Source of the DNA: Vulcanimicrobiota bacterium | GTDB lineage: Bacteria > Vulcanimicrobiota > Vulcanimicrobiia > Vulcanimicrobiales > Vulcanimicrobiaceae | DNA: 64,000 nucleotides | Reading direction: 5' to 3' | Assembly (NCBI GenBank): GCA_963714015.1 | Contig: OY970223.1 | Span: forward strand, 1,184,001-1,248,000 | Shown: piece after piece, positions 34,823 through 45,997 of the stretch | Layout: each line of letters opens with the position of its first letter | Numbering within the stretch: the first letter of the stretch is position 1 | Made by a program: the position numbers and the translations under genes | The notes under the pieces: model-generated | Database searches by the model: none | Told to the model about the DNA's origin: nothing | What the model saw: only the letters and a program-made list of their open reading frames with translations

Positions 34823-35477
34823 AGACGACCTGCGCCTATGCGACGTCCTGCGCAGAGGCCTGTGCGAACAGGGCCACGTGGTAGACGTCGCGCACGACGG
34901 CGTCGACGGAGAACGCTGGGCATCAGAAGCGGGTTACGATGCGATATTGCTCGACGTCAATCTCCCCAAGCGGGATGGTTTGAGCGTCGTACGCGCGCTC
35001 CGCGCGCACAGCATCGCAACGCCGGTGCTGATCCTCACCTCCCGTGACACGGCACAAGACGTCATCGAAGGGCTCGACGCGGGAGCGGACGATTATCTGC
35101 GAAAACCGTTTATATTCGGCGAACTCGAAGCGCGGCTGCGCACGATTCTGAGGCGCGGCGCCCGTGAGACGCTCGACGCCGAATTGCGAGTCGCCGACGT
35201 GCGGTTCAATCTGAGTTCGCGGCGCATAAGCCGCGGCTCGCGCGAGATCGACCTGACCGCACGCGAAAGCGCATTTCTGGAGTACTTCATGCGCAACGCC
35301 GGACGTCTGCTCACCAGACCGATGATCGAGGACGCCCTCTTCGATCGGGAGAGTGAGACGGTTTCGAACGTCGTTGAAGTATACGTCAGCCGCGTGCGTT
35401 CGAAGCTGACGGCCGGCGGCGAACCGCAGCTCCTGCACACCGTGCGCGGCGCCGGCTACCGCTTCGAAGCGCGATGA
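34803..35477 (+). CDS. OmpR-family response regulator
   Basis: LVVEDD, LLDVNLP, GADDYLRKPF, HTVRGAGY. Confidence 0.95.
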   Translation: MRLLVVEDDLRLCDVLRRGLCEQGHVVDVAHDGVDGERWASEAGYDAILLDVNLPKRDGLSVVRALRAHSIATPVLILTSRDTAQDVIEGLDAGADDYLRKPFIFGELEARLRTILRRGARETLDAELRVADVRFNLSSRRISRGSREIDLTARESAFLEYFMRNAGRLLTRPMIEDALFDRESETVSNVVEVYVSRVRSKLTAGGEPQLLHTVRGAGYRFEAR

Positions 35478-36694
35478 ATCGTCCGCGCCTGAGCGCCGCC
35501 TATGCGGCTTTCATGTTCGCGGGATTGCTCATCTTTGCAGCGGCCGCGGTCGTCTCGATCGATCGCACGCTGCGATCGACGCTCGATTCGCGGCTTTCTA
35601 CCGAAGCGAACGCGACGGGCGCATTCATCGACGTCAAACACGGCGCCATCGCAATCGACAGCGACGATCGCAAGCAGTTTCTCTCCGTGCTGAGCGTAGC
35701 GAGCAACGGCGTCGTGCTCGACCGCTCCGGCAACGTATTGCTCTCCAGCAGCGCCAATGCTCCGGCTGCAGTTCGCGCACTGGGAGCCGATTCGGGCGGT
35801 TACTACACCGTCGGCAGCGGCGACACGGCACTCAGGGCTTTCGCCGCGCCGATGTCCGCGGACGGTAAACGGATTGGAACCGTCGTCATTTGGCGAAGCG
35901 TTGGCTGGATTGGCGAAACCGATCGCGAATCCGCGACTGCTTTCGCCGCGGCGGCATTGGTGATCGCGGTGCTCGCGTTGCTGGCCGGCGATCGCGTAAC
36001 CCGCCGCGCACTCGACGACGCCTTTCAACGCCAGCGCCGTTTCACCGCGGACGCCTCGCACGAACTGCGCGCACCGCTTGCCGTGATTCGCGCGGAGTCC
36101 GACCTGGCTTTGCGACGTGAACGCGATCCCAGCGAGTATCGTGCGGCGATCCAAACGATCGCGGCGGAAACCGATCGCATGGAGGGTCTCATCGGCGATC
36201 TGCTTTCCGCGGCGCGCGCGGAGAGCGGAAGGTTCAAACGCGAGCGCACCGACTTGTCCGCGATAGTGACTCGGGTCTCGGAGCGGCTGCGTTCGACACT
36301 CGCGGCAAAGCAGAGCGCGATCGGCGTCGACGTTCCGAGTGCCGCATACGTCCTGGCAGACGAAAAAGCACTCGAGCGAGCGATCATGGCTGTGGGGCAT
36401 AATGCCGTGCAGCACGTTCCTAAAGGCGGGCGCGTGCAAATGGAACTGCGCAAAGACGGGGCATGGTTCGAGGTCGAGGTTCAGGATTCGGGTCCCGGGT
36501 TCACTGCGTCGGCCCTAGCGCACGCCTTCGATCGTTTTTGGAGAGAGGGAAGCGCCGTTCACGAACCAGGCACCGGCCTGGGACTGGCGATCGCAAAGTC
36601 CATCGTGGAGTCGTGCGGGGGGCAAATCCGGCTTACGAACCAACCCGATGGCGGCGCCCGCGTGCTCATGCGTCTGCCGGCCAGTTCAGGCTAG
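35474..36694 (+). CDS. Sensor histidine kinase
   Basis: Two TMs, DASHELRAPL, DSGPG, GTGLGLAI. Confidence 0.95.
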   Translation: MNRPRLSAAYAAFMFAGLLIFAAAAVVSIDRTLRSTLDSRLSTEANATGAFIDVKHGAIAIDSDDRKQFLSVLSVASNGVVLDRSGNVLLSSSANAPAAVRALGADSGGYYTVGSGDTALRAFAAPMSADGKRIGTVVIWRSVGWIGETDRESATAFAAAALVIAVLALLAGDRVTRRALDDAFQRQRRFTADASHELRAPLAVIRAESDLALRRERDPSEYRAAIQTIAAETDRMEGLIGDLLSAARAESGRFKRERTDLSAIVTRVSERLRSTLAAKQSAIGVDVPSAAYVLADEKALERAIMAVGHNAVQHVPKGGRVQMELRKDGAWFEVEVQDSGPGFTASALAHAFDRFWREGSAVHEPGTGLGLAIAKSIVESCGGQIRLTNQPDGGARVLMRLPASSG

Positions 36695-36781
36695 GGTCAG
36701 ATTCCTACCGTACGATCCCGCATATGATCTTGGTCAGGGAACAGCGGTTCCTTAGGAGCTGAGCCGATTAACATTTCCGGC

Positions 36782-39700
36782 TTGGGACTGAGGCACGAAA
36801 AAACGATCGTCTTCCTCGTCGCAGTCCTCACTGTTTTGGGCGTCTACGCGTACACGACGATCCCGGCGAGCATCTTTCCGACGATGACGTTCGCGCGCAT
36901 CGACGTCGTCGCGAATTCGGGGAATTTGCCGCCGGAGCAGATTCGCGTAGCCGTCGCACTCCCGCTGGAACGCGCTTTTCAAGGTTTGCCCGCGGTTACG
37001 CGCGTCTTGACGACCGATGGACAAGGCAACGCGGAGTTCGTCGTCGAGTTCGATCCGAAGAGCAGCGTGCAAACGGATCTGACGTACGTCGATCAGGCGG
37101 TCTCGCAAGTTCGCGGTTCGTTGCCGCCCCAGACGGACGTCGAGTCGAATATCATCAATCCGAACAGCGAGCCGATCGTCTCGTACGCGCTGACGTCGAA
37201 CTCCATGTCGCAAACGCTGCTCTCCGAGCTGGCGACGCAATCGATGGTACCTCGATTTTACGGTGCGCCGGGGCTTGCCCGCGTGACCGTCGCGGGCGGA
37301 GCGCAGCGCGAGTTTCACGTTACGCTCAATCCAAGCGCGCTCGCGCAGTATGGGCTCACCGCGAGCGGCGTCGATCAGGCGCTGTCCCAAGCCACCACGG
37401 TAACGGCACTGGGTCTTCAGAGCGAGCACTATCAGCGTAACGTCGTGGTATTGGATGCGGATATCCGGACGGCGGGACAGCTCGGGCGGGTTACGGTGCC
37501 GACGTCGCAAAAGACCGCCGTGCCGCTTTCCGCTCTGGGAACAGTGACGCTCGGCATCGCGCCGCTGACCGATCAAGTGAGCTTCGATGCGCATCACGCC
37601 GTCATTCTCAGTTTTTACGCGCTTCCGGGAGCCGATGCAGTGAAGATGGCGGACGGAATCGCGCAGCGCGCGAGCCCACTCGAGGCTGCATTGCCTGCGG
37701 GGACGCGGCTGATCCGGTTTTGGGATCAGACGACGCTGGTGAAGGATTCGCAGGCCTCGCTGCGCGACGCGATTCTGCTCGGCGCGCTGCTTGCCATTCT
37801 CGTGATATACTTATTTCTGCGCAACCTGCGCATGACGTTGGTCGCGGCAATCGTGATTCCGATTGCCATGTCAATCGCCATCTTCGTCATTGGGCAGGCG
37901 GGCGAGACGCTGAATTTGATGAGCGTGGGCGGTTTGGCAATTGCCGTCGGCCTCATCATAGATGACGCAATCGTGGTCATCGAGAACATCGCCCGTATCC
38001 ATCATCAGAATGCGGGAATGCCGATGCGCGACGTGGTTGCCGTAGCGATGGCGCAAATCGGGCCGGCGATGATCGCCTCAACCACGACGACGGTCGTCGT
38101 CTTCCTTCCCCTCGCGCTGCTCTCGGGAGTGAGCGGATTCTTTTTCCGCGCACTCGCAATGACGCTGGCATCGGCGCTCGTCGTTTCATTGCTGCTCGCG
38201 CTTTTCGTCGCACCGGTATTGGCAAAGTGGCTCGTGCGTCCGCAGGATGAAGACGTCGAAGATCACGGGTTGATCGCCGGCGCGCTGGCGCGATACGAAC
38301 CGCTGCTGCGCTGGGCGCTGAATCACCGGCCGCAGATGTACGCCGCATCGGTTGCGGTGCTCGTCGTCACGGTGTTGCTGCTCTCACACATGCCCAGCGA
38401 TTTTCTTCCGAAACTGGACGAGGGACAGTTCGAGATCGGCTATCAATTGCCGGTTGGAACGACGCTCGCGGCGACCGACGCGGCTGCAACCCTCATGGAA
38501 CGGATTATCAAAGCCGATCCGGCCGTCGTTGCCGTCGGGAGATGGACCGGTATCGACACGAACGGCTATTCTCCCACACCGCAGAACGCCGGTGCCATTC
38601 GCGTGCGGCTAAAAGCCCCAAGCCGGCGCGCAAGCTACGACGCCGTGAGCGCTCGTCTGCGCGATCGACTCACCGCGGCGGTCCCTTCCGCGCAATACGA
38701 CTTTCATCAAATTCTCGAAGACATGATTAACGACGTTTCCGGCGCCCCCGCTCCGCTCGAAATTTCGGTGCGGGGACCGGATCAAGCGCAGCTGGTGCGG
38801 ATTGCGTCGACCCTTTCCGGCAAAGTCAGCGACGTTCCCGGCGTGTCGGACGTGTTTTCCGGCGTCGTCTATACGGACCCCACGATTCGAGTTGCGCCGC
38901 AGCTGCGGCAGCTCGCAGCGATCGGTATGCAGCCCTCGGAGTTCGGCGAAGCCGTTTCGGCGCAGCAGCAGGGCACGGTTGCGGCGGACGTGCCGGGGCA
39001 ATACCAAATGGTGCCTGTCCGGGTTACCGTCGATGGCCAGGGCAATTTGAGCGAACAGCATGTAGTAACACCCGGCGGTGTCGCGGCGCTGCAAACGATC
39101 GCGCAAGTGCAGCATGCGGGCCTGGCCTCGACCGTCTACGAAGAGAACGGTGAACGCATGTTGCGCATCACCGGAACGATAACGGGAAATCTCTCGAGCG
39201 TGGTCTCGCGCGTGCAAGCAGCGATTGCCGCGGCGGGCGTTCCGCCGGGCTACAGTACGTCGATCGGCGGCGAATATCAAGAACAGCAGCAGTCGTTCAA
39301 AGAATTCGCGGCCGTCGTCGGCATTGCGGTTGCGCTCGTGTTCGGGGTCGTGCTCGCGACTTTCAAATCTTACCGGCTGCCGCTGGTCATTCTCACCGCG
39401 ATACCGCTCGCGCTGATCGGCGTGGCGCTCGGCCTGTTCATCACCGGCACGCCCTTTAACGTCTCCTCGTTCATGGGACTTCTGCTGCTGGTCGGGATCG
39501 TCGTGAAGAACGGTATTCTGCTCGTCGACGTCGCGAATCAAAGGCGGATCGATGGTGACGACGTCGTCACCGCGCTGGTCGTTGCGGGAAAGATGCGCTT
39601 GCGTCCCATCGTCATGACGACGTTCGCCGCCATCGGCGGTTTGCTGCCGCTGGCGCTTGGCATCGGTCCCGGCGCTGCAATGGAACGACCCCTCGCGATT

Positions 39701-39796
39701 GCGGTTATTGGAGGCCTCTCGACGGCGACCGCCTTTACGCTCGTGGTGATTCCCGTGCTGTATTCTGGAATCGCCGTCAAGCGGCGAGCCGTATGA
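36782..39796 (+). CDS. RND efflux permease (AcrB/CusA family)
   Basis: 1004 aa; VGLIIDDAIVVIENI, GIVVKNGIL, RLRPIVMT. Confidence 0.95.
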   Translation: MGLRHEKTIVFLVAVLTVLGVYAYTTIPASIFPTMTFARIDVVANSGNLPPEQIRVAVALPLERAFQGLPAVTRVLTTDGQGNAEFVVEFDPKSSVQTDLTYVDQAVSQVRGSLPPQTDVESNIINPNSEPIVSYALTSNSMSQTLLSELATQSMVPRFYGAPGLARVTVAGGAQREFHVTLNPSALAQYGLTASGVDQALSQATTVTALGLQSEHYQRNVVVLDADIRTAGQLGRVTVPTSQKTAVPLSALGTVTLGIAPLTDQVSFDAHHAVILSFYALPGADAVKMADGIAQRASPLEAALPAGTRLIRFWDQTTLVKDSQASLRDAILLGALLAILVIYLFLRNLRMTLVAAIVIPIAMSIAIFVIGQAGETLNLMSVGGLAIAVGLIIDDAIVVIENIARIHHQNAGMPMRDVVAVAMAQIGPAMIASTTTTVVVFLPLALLSGVSGFFFRALAMTLASALVVSLLLALFVAPVLAKWLVRPQDEDVEDHGLIAGALARYEPLLRWALNHRPQMYAASVAVLVVTVLLLSHMPSDFLPKLDEGQFEIGYQLPVGTTLAATDAAATLMERIIKADPAVVAVGRWTGIDTNGYSPTPQNAGAIRVRLKAPSRRASYDAVSARLRDRLTAAVPSAQYDFHQILEDMINDVSGAPAPLEISVRGPDQAQLVRIASTLSGKVSDVPGVSDVFSGVVYTDPTIRVAPQLRQLAAIGMQPSEFGEAVSAQQQGTVAADVPGQYQMVPVRVTVDGQGNLSEQHVVTPGGVAALQTIAQVQHAGLASTVYEENGERMLRITGTITGNLSSVVSRVQAAIAAAGVPPGYSTSIGGEYQEQQQSFKEFAAVVGIAVALVFGVVLATFKSYRLPLVILTAIPLALIGVALGLFITGTPFNVSSFMGLLLLVGIVVKNGILLVDVANQRRIDGDDVVTALVVAGKMRLRPIVMTTFAAIGGLLPLALGIGPGAAMERPLAIAVIGGLSTATAFTLVVIPVLYSGIAVKRRAV

Positions 39797-41002
39797 TTTC
39801 AGCGCTGGCGCTTTCGGTGACCATGTTTGCCGGCTTACCGCTTGCACAGGCGCAGTCGCGCGCGCTGCAGGGATCGCCGGACGTGCAAATCGCGCTCGCT
39901 AAAGTCGACGAAGCGCAAGCGCTCTACGATCAGGCACGCAGCTGCGTTCGGCCCATCGATCGTCGGTAATTACGTGGAAGGGCCGCAAGGTGCGCCGCAA
40001 GGAACGATCGCGCAGCGGCTTACCACGGTCGGTGCTTCCGTCACGCTCGGCGATCTGATCGCGCATTCGCCCGTCGTTGCGCAGGCTTACTCCGCGTTTC
40101 GCGCCGCTTCTTTCGATTACCAGAATGCGATACGGATGGAGCGCATCAACGTGATTCATCTTTATTTCGCCGCTCTCTCCGCCAATGCGGCCTCGAATGC
40201 ACGCGAGCAGCAACTCTCGAGCGCGCAGGCACAATTGCGGGCGGCGCAACTGCGTTTCAACGCCGGGGATGCGCCGCATCTCGACGTCGTGCGCGCGGAT
40301 GTTGCGCTCGCGCAAGCGCAGGCGTCGCTCGCGACGGCGCAGGCGGACCGCCGCAATGCCTATCAGGCGTTGGAAGCCGAAGCCGGATCGAACGATGCAG
40401 AACTGGCGCGTTTGACGCAGGCCGCGCCGAATGCGCTTGCAGTGCAGGTGCCGAATTCCGGAGCGGCGACCGTTGCAGCACTGGCCAATCGTCCGGAAAT
40501 TGCGTCGGCGCGCGAGAACGTGCAAGCCGAAGAACGGGCCGTGCAAGTGGCTCGGCGTGGCGGGCTTCCGGTTCTGACGTTGACCGGCGGTATGACCAGC
40601 GGTTCGGATTCCGGCTATCCGGTCTCGGGGCCCTCCGCAACGGCGAATTTGAGTTTTCCGATCGGCGGAGCCGCTCACGCGCGCGTGACGGCAGAAGAAG
40701 CGCGGCTCGCGCAAGCGCGCGCTCAGCTCGGCAAGGAGACGCGCGACATCTCGCTCGAGGCCGCATCGGCGGCGCGCACCTACGCCGCGCAGCAGACGGC
40801 GCTTCAGGCAGCCGATCGCGCTTTGACGGAAGCAAGTGCCGAATTGCACGCAACGCAGATTGGTTATGCGAGCGGTGCCAGTTCGAGTTTGGACGTCGAG
40901 ACGGCACGGACAACGTATACGCAGGCGTTACTCGGTCAAATTTCCGCGACCTATGCGATGGCGGAAGCCGGCGCGACGCTGCAGCTGTTGACCGGTCGAT
41001 GA
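39793..41002 (+). CDS. TolC-family outer-membrane efflux protein (frameshift near 39930)
   Basis: Signal peptide; RFNAGDAPHLDV and GYASGASSSLDV repeats. Confidence 0.88.
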
Positions 41003-42237
41003 GAGGAGCGTTGTTGGGTAACCGACGTTGGTGGATTGCCGCTGCAATTGCAGCACTGGCAGTCGTTGTCATCGTTCTCGTTCGGCGGCATGGTGAGCCG
41101 GTCGATACCGCAGCAACGACGGCTCCGGACGTGAAACTCGCCACCGTTCGCACGGGTGAGTACGCCGTCATGTTGCGTGAAGCAGGGCATGTCGGCGAAC
41201 CGGCGGGGACGGTCACGAAACCTGCATTTGCGGTGGCGGGAATTTTGCAGACGGTGTTCGTGCACGTCGGCGAGAGCGTTTCGCAAGGAGCACCGATCGC
41301 GGAGCTCGATACGCGAGCCCTCTCCTTGGATGCGCAGCAAGCGCAGGCAGAAGCCGCTGCCGCGCAGGCAAGCTATGCCGGCGGTGCAGTACCGGCGGCA
41401 CAGCTCACCGGCGCGCAAGCCAATGCGCGCGCCGCGCAGGAGCGGGCGCAAGCGGACGAGGCGCAGGTCGCACGCGAACGGCGGCTCTACGCCGCCGGCG
41501 TCTCCGCGCTCAAAGACGTCCAAGCCGCACAGGCGCAGCTCGCGGCGGATCGCGCCGCGGCAAGCGTCGCAGCAGCCGATGCGCGCGCGGCAGCATCGCA
41601 GCCTCAAGTAGTCGGTGCGCAGGCTCAGGCGGCTCAAGCTCGTGCGGCGGCGGCACAGCATATGCTCGATCAAGGGACGCTGCGCGCGCCGGTTTCGGGA
41701 GTCGTCACGGCGGTTTACAAACGCCCCGGCGAATCCGTCGACCCGACCACGCCCGTGCTCGCCATCGGTCCGTCCCAGCAAAACGTAGCGACTCTGGACG
41801 TGCCCTCGGGCGACGCGCAGCAGATCGCCCAAGGGAATCCGGTCACACTGACGATTGACGGCATGTCCGAGCGCGGAGAAGGCGTCGTAACGGCGGTCGT
41901 GCCGTCGGTGGATCCGGCGACGCAGAACGCGACAGTCGTCGTGTCCGGCGTTCCGGCGGGGTCAGTCGCCGGAAGCGCCGCCCAGGCGCAGATCGTGGTG
42001 GCGCACGTTCGCGGCACGCTCATTCCGGAAAATGCGATCGTTCAAGATCCGCAGTCGGGCGAGAACGTCGTCTTTGTGCAGCAGCGGCAGTCCGACGGCA
42101 GCGTGAAGTTCGCGCAGCGCGCGATAACCGTTCTTCACGAAGACGGAACGACCGCGGACGTGTCGGGGCTCTCGCCGGGCCAGCGCGTCGCCGCGCAAGG
42201 CGCGTTCTCACTGCTCGCGCCTGCGGGCGGCGACTAA
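40999..42237 (+). CDS. RND periplasmic adaptor (MFP)
   Basis: N-terminal TM, lipoyl halves (VHVGESV..G, LRAPVSG), Ala/Gln coiled coil. Confidence 0.92.
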   Translation: MRGALLGNRRWWIAAAIAALAVVVIVLVRRHGEPVDTAATTAPDVKLATVRTGEYAVMLREAGHVGEPAGTVTKPAFAVAGILQTVFVHVGESVSQGAPIAELDTRALSLDAQQAQAEAAAAQASYAGGAVPAAQLTGAQANARAAQERAQADEAQVARERRLYAAGVSALKDVQAAQAQLAADRAAASVAAADARAAASQPQVVGAQAQAAQARAAAAQHMLDQGTLRAPVSGVVTAVYKRPGESVDPTTPVLAIGPSQQNVATLDVPSGDAQQIAQGNPVTLTIDGMSERGEGVVTAVVPSVDPATQNATVVVSGVPAGSVAGSAAQAQIVVAHVRGTLIPENAIVQDPQSGENVVFVQQRQSDGSVKFAQRAITVLHEDGTTADVSGLSPGQRVAAQGAFSLLAPAGGD

Positions 42238-42254
42238 TTCACAGATTCGACGGG

Positions 42255-43175
42255 CTATTTCCCGGTGTAGGTAAATCCCTGGACGAAGTCGGGGCCGGAC
42301 GTCGAGCCCCACTCGACCCATAGGCGTCCGGTCTTGGGGTCAACGCCCACGTTATGCATTTCATCGTGCACGTGACGGTACGCAACCCGTACCGGATTGC
42401 CGGTTGCCGGGATGCGGTAGAGCGCGATGCCGCCATTCGCCGCGCAGGCGAGCTGCTGGCGCTGCTGGTCCAGCGAGCACTGATCGACGCGCGGCGGCAG
42501 CGACGTCGTTCCAATCCGCTTGCCGTCCAACGTATAAACGCTCAGTACGCCGGTTCCGCCCACGAGCAGCGTGCGGTACGCATCATCGAACTGCAGCGGA
42601 TGGTTGTTTTTGATGTCCGGCGTCTTAATCGTTCGCACGACCTTCAGCGAATTCGGATCGATCACTGCGATCTCGCTCGCACGAGCGACGTTTTGATACA
42701 GCATGTGCGTCTGCGGATCGATCGCGAGAAACTCCGGCTTCACGCCGGGCAGCGCAATGGTCTTCACCCATTTAAACGTCGTCGTGTCGATGACGAAGAT
42801 CTTCGTGCCGTCATCTTCGTCGCCATAAATGCGGTGATATTTCGCATCGTACGCAATTGCGTCGACCGGTCCGCTGACGCTGACCCGGCGGATCTCTTTC
42901 ATGGTCACCGGATTCACTTCGGAGAGCGCCTTGTCGTCGCCGTCGCCCGTGTACACGTTTCCGGTTGCCTCGTTCACGGCGGAACCGGCCATCGGGCCGA
43001 CCTTCACCTGACCGAGCACTTTGCCCGTATCCGCGTTGACGATCAGCAGCGCGTTGTTGCCGTCCCCGTGGGCCGCGTAGACGCGCCGGCGCAGCGCATC
43101 GACGCTAACATAGTCGAATCCGTGTCCGACCGTAGCCGTCACCGGCTGCGGCGGAACAAAAGGAAGAATTGGCAT
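42255..43175 (-). CDS. YncE/YVTN beta-propeller protein
   Basis: GFDY, RRVYAAH, repeated DP.T..Y blades. Confidence 0.8.
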   Translation of the reverse strand: MPILPFVPPQPVTATVGHGFDYVSVDALRRRVYAAHGDGNNALLIVNADTGKVLGQVKVGPMAGSAVNEATGNVYTGDGDDKALSEVNPVTMKEIRRVSVSGPVDAIAYDAKYHRIYGDEDDGTKIFVIDTTTFKWVKTIALPGVKPEFLAIDPQTHMLYQNVARASEIAVIDPNSLKVVRTIKTPDIKNNHPLQFDDAYRTLLVGGTGVLSVYTLDGKRIGTTSLPPRVDQCSLDQQRQQLACAANGGIALYRIPATGNPVRVAYRHVHDEMHNVGVDPKTGRLWVEWGSTSGPDFVQGFTYTGK

Positions 43176-43205
43176 TCGATAAGTCCTTTCTACAGAAGTT
43201 CTAGG

Positions 43206-44894
43206 CTACGGCTTACCGCCGGTCGCTCTTGCGCGAAATCCTTTGGGCGGGATGTTCTCGCTGGGAATCGCTGCCGGCGTAATCCCGAGCGAGGCACAGT
43301 TCATCGTGGTCGGAATGCGATTGACGACGCCGGCGGGGATCTCCGCGGCGGCTGCCGGAATCGCAGGTTTCGCGCCGGCTAAACGTTCGGGGTCGAATGC
43401 GCCGAAGAGGTTCGTAATGGCCGGATTAGCGTCGCGCGGGCCTTCGGGCATAACCGGCCGCTCGTCCGGCAGCGTAGAGAGCGGCGGCGTACCGAACACT
43501 GCTTCGGCAAACTTCACCACGGAAGCCGTGTCGCCGGCGTCGTGCACGACGACCCCCGATTTTGCGTATGGCGAGATAATCAACATCGGAACGCGAGGAC
43601 CGTCGCCGCACGCATGACCGTCGGAGCAGCGTTCGAAGTTGGGCGGCGGAACGTGATCGTAATAACCGCCCCCGTCGTCCCAAGCAATGACGATCGCGGA
43701 ATCTTTCCAGTATTTGCTGCGGGCGATCGCGTTTACGAACGTCGCGACGAACGCTTCACCGACTTCGTGATCCGAATCGCTCACGCCGGGATGATCGTCG
43801 TCACCGTAGGTGTGCGACTGTACGACCGGGTCGTCGTCGACGGGTCTCCATCCGAATGAGTTACGATCGCTGCCTTTGATGTAAAAAATGCCGCGTGAGG
43901 GAAGCGTGCCGTTTTGCAATTGACTGAGCATCAGCTTGAGCGGATGCTCGTTGTTCCAAAACACCGCATTCTTGCGCAGATAACCAAAGTATTGCGGACC
44001 GTTGTGATGGGTCACGTAACCGGCGTCGGCGGGCACATCCGGACCATTGTAACCTTCCTGATACCAGCCCCAAGGAATGGGGGCCCGGCCGCTGCGCGAG
44101 GCCGCCGCCAGGTCTTGGCGTACACCCGCGGTGTCGGCACTTGCGGCCGCGTCCGATTTTCCGCCCAGCGTAAGCATCAGCGTTGCGTAACGCTGGTCGA
44201 TCTGCAACGTCTTGTCGGCTTCGCCGCTTTCGTACGGCCCGAATGCCGGGTCGGCGTCTTGGTAAATCGGGTCGCCGACGCTCTTCGGATTCTTTGCGCG
44301 ATCGGCGGGGAAACGCGCCGCTTGACTCTGTCCGTCCTGCGCGGCAATGATTTCAACGTTGTTCGGCGTGGACGGTCCCGCAAGCGCTTGAAAGAAATGA
44401 TCGAACAACGTGAACGTCTTCGCGTATTTCCACAAGTAGGGCAGCGTGCCGCAGTCGTAGTGCGACATCGTCAGCAGACCGACCGCCTCGGCGCCGGACG
44501 AGTCGTATTCTTTCGCGGACGACTTTTCTTGCGCGGCCACAAACTGATCCATCGCACCGCCGTTCATCTTGGCCTCGACGACCTCACGGGCTTGCGACGG
44601 ACCCGACGTATCGGGGTCCGTGATGCGGAACGGCGTCACCCACTGCTTTCCAATGGGATCGTACTGGCGAAACCCGTGCGCGCGGGCAAGCGCAGTCGTC
44701 AGATTCTCGGCTCCGGGATACGTGCCGAAGTAATTGTCGAACGTGTGGTTCTCCTGATAGATCACGAAGACGTGTTTGATGCGCGACCGCACGAGTGAGG
44801 CGTCGGGTGTTGAAGGCGCGGCAGCGTAGAGTTGGCCGGAGCAAGCGCATAGCAAAGACGAGCACAGAAGCGGCAGAAGTGTACGCAACGTCAT
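43206..44894 (-). CDS. Phospholipase C / acid phosphatase (phosphoesterase family) lipoprotein
   Basis: IKHVFVIYQENHTFDNYFG, GPSTPN, DDGGGYYDHV, GPRVP. Confidence 0.92.
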   Translation of the reverse strand: MTLRTLLPLLCSSLLCACSGQLYAAAPSTPDASLVRSRIKHVFVIYQENHTFDNYFGTYPGAENLTTALARAHGFRQYDPIGKQWVTPFRITDPDTSGPSQAREVVEAKMNGGAMDQFVAAQEKSSAKEYDSSGAEAVGLLTMSHYDCGTLPYLWKYAKTFTLFDHFFQALAGPSTPNNVEIIAAQDGQSQAARFPADRAKNPKSVGDPIYQDADPAFGPYESGEADKTLQIDQRYATLMLTLGGKSDAAASADTAGVRQDLAAASRSGRAPIPWGWYQEGYNGPDVPADAGYVTHHNGPQYFGYLRKNAVFWNNEHPLKLMLSQLQNGTLPSRGIFYIKGSDRNSFGWRPVDDDPVVQSHTYGDDDHPGVSDSDHEVGEAFVATFVNAIARSKYWKDSAIVIAWDDGGGYYDHVPPPNFERCSDGHACGDGPRVPMLIISPYAKSGVVVHDAGDTASVVKFAEAVFGTPPLSTLPDERPVMPEGPRDANPAITNLFGAFDPERLAGAKPAIPAAAAEIPAGVVNRIPTTMNCASLGITPAAIPSENIPPKGFRARATGGKP

Positions 44895-45177
44895 CTCCTC
44901 AATGTGTCATCGGAACCTGAACGGCATATTAACTGAGCCGGCTGCGAACGCATGCCGATTTCGCAATTTAAATCGACGTTCTACGGGCCGGCGGGGCGGC
45001 CCGTACAGGTCCTTCAACTTCAAACTGGGCGAAGAGCGTCTAATGGCTAACCGGATTGCGTTGTTCTGTTGCACATCGACACCATACGCACCGTGCCCTG
45101 ACGCGTTGGCGAGAGCTTGCCGAACGGCATAACGCGTGCTAACATTTCGACACACCGGCCTTGGTTAGGGGACGCTG

Positions 45178-45912
45178 ATGTCGCGATTCCTTTTTGCTCT
45201 AGCGTGTGCTTTGGGATTGGCGCTGACGGCATGCGGCGGGAGCTCTAACGGCACCGTGAGCCCGGGAACGAAGCCTTCAGGCAACGGTTCGGGAGGCTCG
45301 ACTGCGGCGTTTTTGAGCATCGCACCCACGAGCATTCCCTTTGTGCCTAGTCACCACGAACAGGCATCATTTACTGTATCGGGCGCAGTGCTGCCCGTTA
45401 CCGTCAACGTTTCAAACCCCGATCTATTCGACCTCAGCGCTCCTAGTCAAAACGGGGCATCACTCACTTACACCGTTACGATTGTGGCAGGTTCGCAGGC
45501 TCCAGCTACCATTTCCCTCCGGGATTCGTCCGGAGCGAAGGGAACCGTGAGCGTCATCACGCCGGACTGTCCGATTCCTCCGCCGAATATTTTCGAAGCT
45601 TTTCCCCCAAATCAGTCAACCGGACAAAACCCAACCTCGATTTATTTCGCCGTTAATAACGCCTATTCGCAAGAATTTGCGCCAGGGCTTACGTTGCGAA
45701 TGTTCGATGGAAACGGTAATGTTTCGTATGGGTCCACATTGATGCCCGCTGCTTCATTGCCGAAAGGCTCCGCAAGTCCGCCGCCGGGATATTCTATCTA
45801 TTTCAGCGCCGCCGCGCCGGCGCTCACTCCTTCAACGACATACTACGCGCAGGTCATAAGCAAAGCTTACCCATGTCTGGATCCAATGGTTACCGCAACG
45901 TTCTCTACGTGA
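45178..45912 (+). CDS. Ser/Pro/Thr-rich lipoprotein, unknown function
   Basis: Lipobox LTAC-GG; beta-rich Ig-like pattern. Confidence 0.75.
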   Translation: MSRFLFALACALGLALTACGGSSNGTVSPGTKPSGNGSGGSTAAFLSIAPTSIPFVPSHHEQASFTVSGAVLPVTVNVSNPDLFDLSAPSQNGASLTYTVTIVAGSQAPATISLRDSSGAKGTVSVITPDCPIPPPNIFEAFPPNQSTGQNPTSIYFAVNNAYSQEFAPGLTLRMFDGNGNVSYGSTLMPAASLPKGSASPPPGYSIYFSAAAPALTPSTTYYAQVISKAYPCLDPMVTATFST

Positions 45913-45997
45913 CGTGAAGGCCGGGCTGTCGTTTAGCGAACTGAACCCCGACTCTCTTGAATCGGGGTGCTATTTGGCCACCTAACGGAGAACCGTT

